A DNA stretch of 64,000 nucleotides from Fidelibacterota bacterium (GTDB lineage: Bacteria > Fidelibacterota > Marinisomatia > SCGC-AAA003-L08 > GCA-2689995), in the NCBI GenBank assembly GCA_014381925.1, contig JACNKR010000027.1:1991-65990 (forward strand), given 5' to 3'. Position numbers and translations under genes: made by a program. Below the pieces are notes generated by a model, which did not search any database, was not told the origin of the DNA, and worked only from the letters and a program-made list of their open reading frames with translations. Positions 57,382 to 64,000 of this stretch are shown piece after piece (within the stretch, counting starts at the first letter, position 1; each line of letters begins with the position of its first letter).

Positions 57382-58726
57382 AAAAAACTTAGAACGCCCA
57401 TTTCAACAGGTATTATTTCTTAGAATTGGGGGTTTCTTTTTTCTTTTTGCGTTTTCAATTATTTCTGTTATTTATTATTTAACAGAGAAAACCTCATATA
57501 CTCAAGATACAATTTTAGATGCACATGAATACTTTCTATATTCTAATTTAGTTGAATCTTGGGGGTACCCTCCTGATACAATTAAAGTAAAAAATACACT
57601 TGATAATTTAAAATTATTCGGCTGTATTTATAAAAATAACAAAAAAATATGGGCCAGTCCAAAATGGTTTAATAAAGATGAATATATGAGTTTTTCAGAC
57701 AGTGATACATTAGGTCTTTTGTATGATATTGAAATTCCTGTTTATGTATCATTTGGGGAATTATATGTTCACAACCAAAATTATATAGCAACATTTGCAT
57801 TATACAATGAATATGAATATTTAATTGCTATTGATGAATATTTGCCTTCTGATGTTACAACTAAATTTATTCCTGGATCTATCGTTACTTTGCTGGCAAT
57901 TTTTCTTCTATTTATTGTAATCCGAAATTATCTTCAACCCATTCAATTAATGAAAAATAGAATATTATTACTCGAAAAAGGTGATCTCGACTCTAATATC
58001 CCTATTATTGGCGAAGATGAGCTTGCGGATTTATCTAAAGAGATGAATAAAATGATAAAAGAAATAAAAGATTTATTAACTCGTAAACAGCAGTTATTAT
58101 CTGAAGTAAGCCACGAACTTTTATCTCCATTAGCTCGGATTAGGCTTTTAACAGAAATGCTACCAGAGCATAAAAATAAAGATAGACTTGCGAATGAAGT
58201 ACAATTTTTAAAAGGCATGGTTACCAATCTATTAATGTCTGATAGGCTTTCGGGTCCATATGCAAATATGGACTTAACCAATATTGAATTAGAGAATATT
58301 ATTGATAAATCTATCGCCATGTTTCCAGAATCTGAATCTAAAATTACTGTACTTGAAAAAATACCGAATCTAATATTAAATATTGATGTCACAAAAATTT
58401 CTTTAGCATTAAGGAATTTAATTGAAAATGCTATCAAATATGGTGATGAAGGAAAAAAAATAGAAATTAAAGTAAAACTATTTAATAAAGAATGGGTCGA
58501 TATTTTAGTAAAAAATTATGGTAAAGGAATTAGTAAAGAAAATATTGACAAAATCACTATTCCATTTTACAGAATTAAAGATCAAAATATTACTAAAAAA
58601 AGTGGGTTTGGTATGGGGCTTTCAATAACAAAAAAAATAATTGATGCTCATAACGGTGAATTATTAATACATAGTGAATTAAATAATTATACTCAGTTTA
58701 TTATAAGATTACCAATTCATGCATAA
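57377..58726 (+). CDS. sensor histidine kinase (start uncertain; probably non-canonical)
   Basis: H-box SHELLSPL, N-box LRNLIENAIKYG, G-box GFGMGLS. The frame is open from 57365 and encodes TM1 (FLRIGGFFFLFAFSIISVIYYL) plus a sensor domain upstream of the first ATG at 57686. The only start-like codon there is ATT at 57377. Confidence 0.6.
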   Translation: MRKNLERPFQQVLFLRIGGFFFLFAFSIISVIYYLTEKTSYTQDTILDAHEYFLYSNLVESWGYPPDTIKVKNTLDNLKLFGCIYKNNKKIWASPKWFNKDEYMSFSDSDTLGLLYDIEIPVYVSFGELYVHNQNYIATFALYNEYEYLIAIDEYLPSDVTTKFIPGSIVTLLAIFLLFIVIRNYLQPIQLMKNRILLLEKGDLDSNIPIIGEDELADLSKEMNKMIKEIKDLLTRKQQLLSEVSHELLSPLARIRLLTEMLPEHKNKDRLANEVQFLKGMVTNLLMSDRLSGPYANMDLTNIELENIIDKSIAMFPESESKITVLEKIPNLILNIDVTKISLALRNLIENAIKYGDEGKKIEIKVKLFNKEWVDILVKNYGKGISKENIDKITIPFYRIKDQNITKKSGFGMGLSITKKIIDAHNGELLIHSELNNYTQFIIRLPIHA

Positions 58727-58816
58727 AAATAAAATAATTCTTGTAATTAATTTTAATATTTAATAGATTATTTGTGTGAAATATTATAATTAAGTCCAAA
58801 ATATAAGGAAAATAAA

Positions 58817-59221
58817 ATGCAGAAAAGAAGTGTCAATAAAGTAATATTAGTAGGAAGAGTTGGCCAATCACCCGAAGGTAGATATACTCCTTCAGGTCTT
58901 TCAGTTGTCAATTATTCACTTGCAACCAATGATACAAAGTCAAATTCAGATGGTAATAAAATAGACCACACAGAGTGGCATAACATTGTTTCCCTAGGGA
59001 AACAGGCTGATTTTGTTACAGAATATGTTAAAAAAGGTCAATTAATTTGTATTGAAGGGAAGTTAAGAACTCAAAAATGGGAAGATAAAAATAAAGTTAC
59101 CCATTATAAAACTGAAATACTAGCTGATTCAGTCACCCCTTTAGAATGGAAACAAGATAATGAAAAGGTGGAAGATAAAGTATCCGAACCGGCTGAAAAT
59201 GAGGAAGAATTACCCTTTTAA
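58817..59221 (+). CDS. ssb: single-stranded DNA-binding protein
   Basis: OB-fold N-terminus (NKVILVGRVGQSPE...TEWHNIV) and an acidic C-terminal tip EEELPF. Confidence 0.9.
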   Translation: MQKRSVNKVILVGRVGQSPEGRYTPSGLSVVNYSLATNDTKSNSDGNKIDHTEWHNIVSLGKQADFVTEYVKKGQLICIEGKLRTQKWEDKNKVTHYKTEILADSVTPLEWKQDNEKVEDKVSEPAENEEELPF

Positions 59222-59311
59222 TATTTTTTAGGATTATATCACCTCTTATTAGTATATTTTGACACGAGCATTTAATTAAATATGCTTTGTTTTATTGCAA
59301 TGGGAGGCGAT

Positions 59312-59551
59312 ATGAAAAATTTATCAATTATATTATTAGGTTTATGTTTTGTTTTTGCGGGGAATAAACCCTCGGTAGTTACTGTTGTTTTTTCAGGTGA
59401 TAATTTGATAAAACTAACATCACAAAAAAATCAATTAGATTTAAAACGTAAAAGTGACATAACATCTTTAAAGAAAAAAGATGATATTTCTACTGAAAAA
59501 CGACGCCACAAAAGAAGGCGTAAAGTAAGACCACCTAAACAAGGCAAATAA
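59312..59551 (+). CDS. small secreted protein with a highly basic C-terminus (hypothetical)
   Basis: GGAGG RBS before the ATG at 59312, signal peptide MKNLSIILLGLCFVFAG, tail RRHKRRRKVRPPKQGK. Followed by a strong terminator. Confidence 0.4.
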   Translation: MKNLSIILLGLCFVFAGNKPSVVTVVFSGDNLIKLTSQKNQLDLKRKSDITSLKKKDDISTEKRRHKRRRKVRPPKQGK

Positions 59552-59560
59552 TTAAAATTA

Positions 59561-59588
59561 AAGGCATCATTAATTGATGCCTTTTTTT
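59561..59588 (+). terminator. rho-independent terminator
   Basis: Perfect 9-bp stem AAGGCATCA/TGATGCCTT with a 5-nt loop, followed by a run of seven T. Confidence 0.8.
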
Positions 59589-59608
59589 ATGTTTTAAAGG
59601 AACCTATA

Positions 59609-59977
59609 TTGAAAATTAAAAACCTTCCATCATATAAAAATTTAGAAATTGTACCTAATAATCATTCAGATAGAAATTATGAAATAAATATTTCAATACC
59701 TGAATTTAATTGTGTTTGCCCTAAAACAGGCTTACCTGATTTTGCAATTATTAAAATTAATTACATACCTAATAAAAATATAGTCGAATTAAAATCTTTA
59801 AAGCTATACATGGTTCAATATAGAAATGTAGGAATTTTTCATGAATTTGTTACAAATCAAATTTTAGATGATTTTAAAAAAGCATGTAAACCAAAAAAAA
59901 TAACAGTAATTGGAGATTTTCACCCAAGGGGTGGAATTAAAACAGTTGTAAAAGCAAATTGGCCAGAAATAGACTAA
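59609..59977 (+). CDS. queF: NADPH-dependent 7-cyano-7-deazaguanine reductase QueF (unimodular type)
   Basis: CPKTGLPDF catalytic Cys segment and ELKSLKLY QueF motif. 122 aa. TTG start. Confidence 0.85.
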   Translation: MKIKNLPSYKNLEIVPNNHSDRNYEINISIPEFNCVCPKTGLPDFAIIKINYIPNKNIVELKSLKLYMVQYRNVGIFHEFVTNQILDDFKKACKPKKITVIGDFHPRGGIKTVVKANWPEID

Positions 59978-60041
59978 GAAACCATTGATTCTGGACAATA
60001 AATCCTAGTAAAATACCCCCTTAGATTTTAAGAGTAATTTT

Positions 60042-61226
60042 ATGTTTTCAGACCGAATAAATAGAATACAACCATCACTAACTTTACAGATGACAAGTAA
60101 AGCAGGTGAACTGCGTTCAAAAGGATTTAATGTAATTAATTTAAGTGTTGGTGAGCCTGATTTTGATACTCCTGAAAATATCCGCAATGCGGGCATAAAT
60201 GCTATTAATAGTGGTAAAACAAGATATACACCTGGTGCTGGTATGCCAATTTTACGGCAAGCTGCTTGTGAAAAAATGGAGAGAGATAATTCCTTATTTT
60301 TTAAACCTGAAGAAGTTATCATCTCTTGTGGTGGCAAACATTCTCTTTATAATGCATGTCAAGTTCTTTTTCAATCAGGGGACGAGGTAATAATATTTAA
60401 GCCATATTGGGTTTCATTTCCTGATTTTGTTTCTGTTACTGGCGCAAAACCAGTATTTGTGAATACAAATCCTGAAAGTCAATTTGAACCTGATTTTGAA
60501 GATTTAATTAACTCAATTAATCCAAATACAAAAGGTATTATTATTAACTCACCATCAAATCCTACTGGAGGTGTTTGGAGTGATGATGCTGTAAAACAAA
60601 CATTAGAAATTGCAAAAAAACATAACTTATGGGTATTTTCTGATGAATGTTATGAGCAATTAACTTATGATGTTGAATTTAAAAGTATTGCAACATTAAC
60701 AAATGATAATGAAAAGATTTTAACTTTTCAAAGTTGTTCAAAAACCTATGCAATGACAGGCTGGAGAATTGGATACACGGCTGGTAATTCCAAAGTTATA
60801 AAAGCAATGAGTAAGCTACAAGGACAAAGTACTTCGTGTCCAAATTCAATTGCCCAAATGGCAGCTGTTGAAGCATTAACGGGAAATCAGGAAGCCATTC
60901 CAAAAATGAGAGAGATCTTCAAATCAAGACGAACATTAATTATGGAGAGATTGAAGTCAATTATTGGAGTTAATTGTGCTATGCCTGGAGGAGCATTTTA
61001 TGTATTTCCTGATTTCACTCACTTTATTGGAAAAATATTAGATGGAAAAACAATAAATACAGCCACAGATATTGCAATGTATTTATTAGAAAACAAACAG
61101 GTGGTATCCGTCCCTGGAGATGGATTTGGATCACCAAATAATATTAGATTTTCATATGCAGCATCTGACCAAAATATTAATGATGCGATAGATGCGCTTG
61201 AAAATGTATTAAATAAAATTAATTAA
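60042..61226 (+). CDS. class I pyridoxal-phosphate aminotransferase (aspartate aminotransferase-like)
   Basis: NSPSNPTG and the PLP-Lys motif [15 protein letters not shown]. 394 aa. Confidence 0.8.
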   Translation: MFSDRINRIQPSLTLQMTSKAGELRSKGFNVINLSVGEPDFDTPENIRNAGINAINSGKTRYTPGAGMPILRQAACEKMERDNSLFFKPEEVIISCGGKHSLYNACQVLFQSGDEVIIFKPYWVSFPDFVSVTGAKPVFVNTNPESQFEPDFEDLINSINPNTKGIIINSPSNPTGGVWSDDAVKQTLEIAKKHNLWVFSDECYEQLTYDVEFKSIATLTNDNEKILTFQSCSKTYAMTGWRIGYTAGNSKVIKAMSKLQGQSTSCPNSIAQMAAVEALTGNQEAIPKMREIFKSRRTLIMERLKSIIGVNCAMPGGAFYVFPDFTHFIGKILDGKTINTATDIAMYLLENKQVVSVPGDGFGSPNNIRFSYAASDQNINDAIDALENVLNKIN

Positions 61227-61236
61227 AAGGATAATT

Positions 61237-61455
61237 ATGAAAAAGGGAATACACCCCGAGTATAAAATGGGCACTGTTCATTGTGCATGTGGAAGTTCAT
61301 TCGAAACACGAATGACTGTTGATGGAATAAATGTAGAAATTTGTAATGCATGTCATCCGTTTTTTACTGGAAAGCAAAATTTAATTGATACTGCTGGTCG
61401 AATTGAAAAATATATGAAAAAATATAATCTTTCTGAGGCAGATCTAAAAAATTAA
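61237..61455 (+). CDS. rpmE: 50S ribosomal protein L31
   Basis: [10 protein letters not shown]-terminus and Cys pairs CAC...CNAC. 72 aa. Confidence 0.9.
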   Translation: MKKGIHPEYKMGTVHCACGSSFETRMTVDGINVEICNACHPFFTGKQNLIDTAGRIEKYMKKYNLSEADLKN

Positions 61456-61475
61456 TTTTATATTAATCAAAGCTA

Positions 61476-62537
61476 ATGATTAATAAATTAAATAGTATCG
61501 TTCAAAAATATGATGAAGTTACTAAAGAGCTAAGTAACCCTAATGTTGTTTCAAATATTGAAAGATTTAAAGAATTATCTAAAGAACATAGTGATTTAAC
61601 AGAGCTTCATTCCAATGCAAAGAGCTATATTCAAAAACATAACCAATTAATTGAATATGATGAAATATTAAATGGAGATGATTTAGAATTAAAGGAACTT
61701 GTTCAGGATGAAATCGATGGATTAAAAAAAGAAATTTCTGAAATGGAAGAAATGTTGAAAATAATGTTAATTCCAAAAAATCCTGATGATGATAAAAATA
61801 CTATTCTTGAAATTAGATCAGGTACTGGGGGTGAAGAGGCTGCTCTTTTTGCTGGAGATCTTTATCGTATGTATATGCGTTATGCTGAACGACAAAATTG
61901 GACAATTGAAATATTAAATTTAAGTGATTCTGAAACTGGTGGATTAAAAGAAGCAGTTGTCGGAATTACAGGTAAAGGTGCATACGGAGAACTTAAATTT
62001 GAAAGTGGTGTCCATCGTGTTCAACGCGTTCCAGCAACAGAATCAAGTGGAAGGCTTCATACTTCAGCTGCAACAGTTGCCGTATTACCCGAAGCAGTAG
62101 ATGTTGATATTCAAATTAATGATACAGATATAAGAATTGATACATACCGTGCATCTGGTGCTGGGGGTCAACATGTTAATAAAACCGAATCCGCTATTCG
62201 GATTACTCATATTCCATCTGGATTAGTTGTTACTTGTCAAGATGAATCTTCTCAACATAAAAATAAAGATAAAGCGCTAAAAGTATTAAGAACTCGCCTA
62301 TATGAAGTTAAACAACAAGAAATTAACTCAAAAAGAGCCTCTGAAAGAAAATCAATGGTTTCCACAGGTGATAGAAGTGCAAAAATTCGTACCTATAATT
62401 TCCCACAAGGACGCGTTACTGACCATCGAATAAACCTTACTCTTTATAAATTAGATGAAATTCTTGATGGTGATTTAACAGAAACAATTGAAGCTCTTAA
62501 AATGGAAGAGCGTAAAAGCCAACTCGCTGAAGTTTAA
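61476..62537 (+). CDS. prfA: peptide chain release factor 1
   Basis: PAT codon-recognition tripeptide (RVPATE) and GGQ motif ([10 protein letters not shown]). Confidence 0.9.
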   Translation: MINKLNSIVQKYDEVTKELSNPNVVSNIERFKELSKEHSDLTELHSNAKSYIQKHNQLIEYDEILNGDDLELKELVQDEIDGLKKEISEMEEMLKIMLIPKNPDDDKNTILEIRSGTGGEEAALFAGDLYRMYMRYAERQNWTIEILNLSDSETGGLKEAVVGITGKGAYGELKFESGVHRVQRVPATESSGRLHTSAATVAVLPEAVDVDIQINDTDIRIDTYRASGAGGQHVNKTESAIRITHIPSGLVVTCQDESSQHKNKDKALKVLRTRLYEVKQQEINSKRASERKSMVSTGDRSAKIRTYNFPQGRVTDHRINLTLYKLDEILDGDLTETIEALKMEERKSQLAEV

Positions 62538-62540
62538 TAA

Positions 62541-63407
62541 ATTCCTACCATAACCACTAAAACAAAACAGGTCTGGACAATCCTCGATATAATCAATTGG
62601 GGAAAAGATTATCTTACAAAACATGGTATAACGAATGCCAAACTCGAATTAGAATGGTTTTTAAGTGACTTATTAAAGTGTAATCGGATTGATTTATATA
62701 TACGATTTGAAGAACAATTACATCAATTAGAATTAGACAAAATCCGAAAATTTATTACTAGACGAAAAACTCATGAACCGTTTCAATATATTTTAAAAAA
62801 AGCTCCATTTTATGGAAGAGATTTCATTGTAAATAATTCAGTGCTCATTCCAAGACCTGAAACAGAAACAATAATAGAAATTATTAAACAAAAATCTGAA
62901 AGTGGTAATTTTTTAGATATTGGAACAGGGTCAGGATGTATAGCAATTTCTCTTTTAAAAGAAAAAATATTTAGTACAGGAGTGGCAATTGATATTTCTC
63001 GAGAATCATTATTTATTGCGAATCAAAATAAACTAAAATTTCAAATTGAAAATTTAGAATTTAAACAATTAGATTTTCTAAATGAAAATATTAACCAAAC
63101 ATTCAACTGTATAGTCTCTAACCCTCCATATATACCACCTGAAGAAATGAAGTCTCTCAAAGATGGTGTAATAAAATTTGAGCCTGAAATAGCACTTACA
63201 GATTTTTCGGATGGACTCTCTTTTTATAGAAAAATTGCAATTGATGGGAAAAAATTATTAAATCCAAATGGCTTTATTATTTTAGAAACGGGTGGTGAAA
63301 ACCAAATTATACAAGTTAAACAGATATTTTTAGATCAAAATTATATAGTTATTATTCATAAAGACCAAAATGGAGAAAATAGGTTTTTAGAAATTACTCC
63401 AAAATGA
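62541..63407 (+). CDS. prmC: release-factor glutamine N5-methyltransferase PrmC/HemK (non-canonical start likely)
   Basis: SAM motif DIGTGSGCI and NPPY motif (SNPPYIP). A conserved HemK N-terminal domain (..WGKDYL..AKLELEWFLSDLL..THEPFQYIL) is encoded in-frame from 62541. There is no ATG/GTG/TTG before 62841. Confidence 0.75.
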   Translation: MPTITTKTKQVWTILDIINWGKDYLTKHGITNAKLELEWFLSDLLKCNRIDLYIRFEEQLHQLELDKIRKFITRRKTHEPFQYILKKAPFYGRDFIVNNSVLIPRPETETIIEIIKQKSESGNFLDIGTGSGCIAISLLKEKIFSTGVAIDISRESLFIANQNKLKFQIENLEFKQLDFLNENINQTFNCIVSNPPYIPPEEMKSLKDGVIKFEPEIALTDFSDGLSFYRKIAIDGKKLLNPNGFIILETGGENQIIQVKQIFLDQNYIVIIHKDQNGENRFLEITPK

Positions 63408-64000
63408 TTATTTCATTAGTAAAAATGACTCGACCTATTAATGTTTTTCTCTCCATTATTACGGTCATAATTTCTGCATATATTTTAAAACAAGACCTAA
63501 ATTCTTATAAAGTCATTATTACATGTCTAACCGTTGCAGGGTTTACAATTTTCTCAAATATATTAAATGATATTTTTGACATTAAAACCGATATGGTAAA
63601 CTGCCCTCAAAAACCATTAATAACGGGTGAGATTTCAATCAAAAGAGCATTTATATTTTCATTTATAATTCTAATTTTATCATTTTGGTTATTATTTCAA
63701 CTTAATTCAAATAGTACAAATTTAGTTATTTTTATTATTTTACCTATAATAGTTACCTATACTCCAGTTTTTAAGTCAGTACCATTAATTGGAAATATAT
63801 TAATTGGTTTTATACTTGGACTTGTTTTTTTATTTACTGAAGCATCTCTAACAAATAAAATTGAATTACTTTGGATTCCAGCATTACTTGCAACCCACTT
63901 AACCATACTAAGAGAACTATTAAAAGATATTGAAGATTACACGGGTGATTATAAATCTAAGATTTATACTTTCCCAGTTTGTTTTGGGGTAATAAAAAGT
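63404..64000 (+). CDS. UbiA-family prenyltransferase (partial; continues beyond the window)
   Basis: ATG overlaps the prmC stop (ATGA). Polytopic protein with NDIFDIKTD (NDxxDxxxD) and a second Asp-rich motif KDIEDYTGD. The frame is open to the window end. Confidence 0.7.
   Translation, partial: MIISLVKMTRPINVFLSIITVIISAYILKQDLNSYKVIITCLTVAGFTIFSNILNDIFDIKTDMVNCPQKPLITGEISIKRAFIFSFIILILSFWLLFQLNSNSTNLVIFIILPIIVTYTPVFKSVPLIGNILIGFILGLVFLFTEASLTNKIELLWIPALLATHLTILRELLKDIEDYTGDYKSKIYTFPVCFGVIKS

Noticed and set aside
57943-58437. 164-aa minus-strand ORF. Similar antisense ORFs include 7633..8061, 4899..5243, 22136..22480, 17827..18144, 29783..30094, 60005..60337 and 26494..26787.
   Set aside because: Each lies entirely antisense within a gene that has strong family motifs. 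Their products are low-complexity, Ile/Phe/Ser/Leu-rich sequences, as expected from the reverse frames of AT-rich coding DNA. None has a motif or RBS support.
1-64000. CRISPR arrays, tRNA/rRNA genes, IS elements, integrases or prophage remnants.
   Set aside because: No regularly spaced direct repeats, no cloverleaf-like or rRNA-like segments in the few non-coding gaps, and no transposase or integrase-like ORF were seen. All gaps longer than 150 nt (1..306, 32080..32363, 49728..50015, 54167..54335, 55083..55291) were inspected by eye only.

Overview
Visibly AT-rich, densely coding bacterial chromosomal segment. I saw no rRNA, tRNA, CRISPR array, transposase or integrase. About 60 supportable features. 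The window opens with a truncated tmRNA. Next come periplasmic redox and folding genes (TlpA-like, DsbD, cyclophilin), a patatin-like lipase, a K+ channel coupled to a stand-alone cNMP-binding protein, and glcDEF. The accessory-looking core (14.2-32.1 kb, minus strand) is a ten-gene, almost gap-free operon. It embeds poly-gamma-glutamate synthase genes (pgsB/pgsC plus a non-PgsA membrane partner) and a predicted outer-membrane beta-barrel among giant secreted proteins. These are two gingipain-like C25 proteins that seem to lack the catalytic His, an M14 carboxypeptidase and a WxDxR-repeat protein. Each giant protein ends in either a T9SS-type sorting domain or a dockerin-like module. This operon is my best candidate for an undescribed system: capsule synthesis, export and remodelling in a diderm. 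Divergent from it is a complete single-operon type IV pilus locus (pilA, pilT, minor pilins, pilMNOPQ, pilBCD) with two large unassigned proteins. The last third is housekeeping: split class II RNR, dnaA, a two-component system, ssb, queF, rpmE, prfA, prmC. Other oddities are an in-frame TGA forming a CxxU-like motif and two genes whose conserved N-termini lack any ATG/GTG/TTG start. The T9SS domains suggest an FCB-superphylum-like organism; this is inference only.
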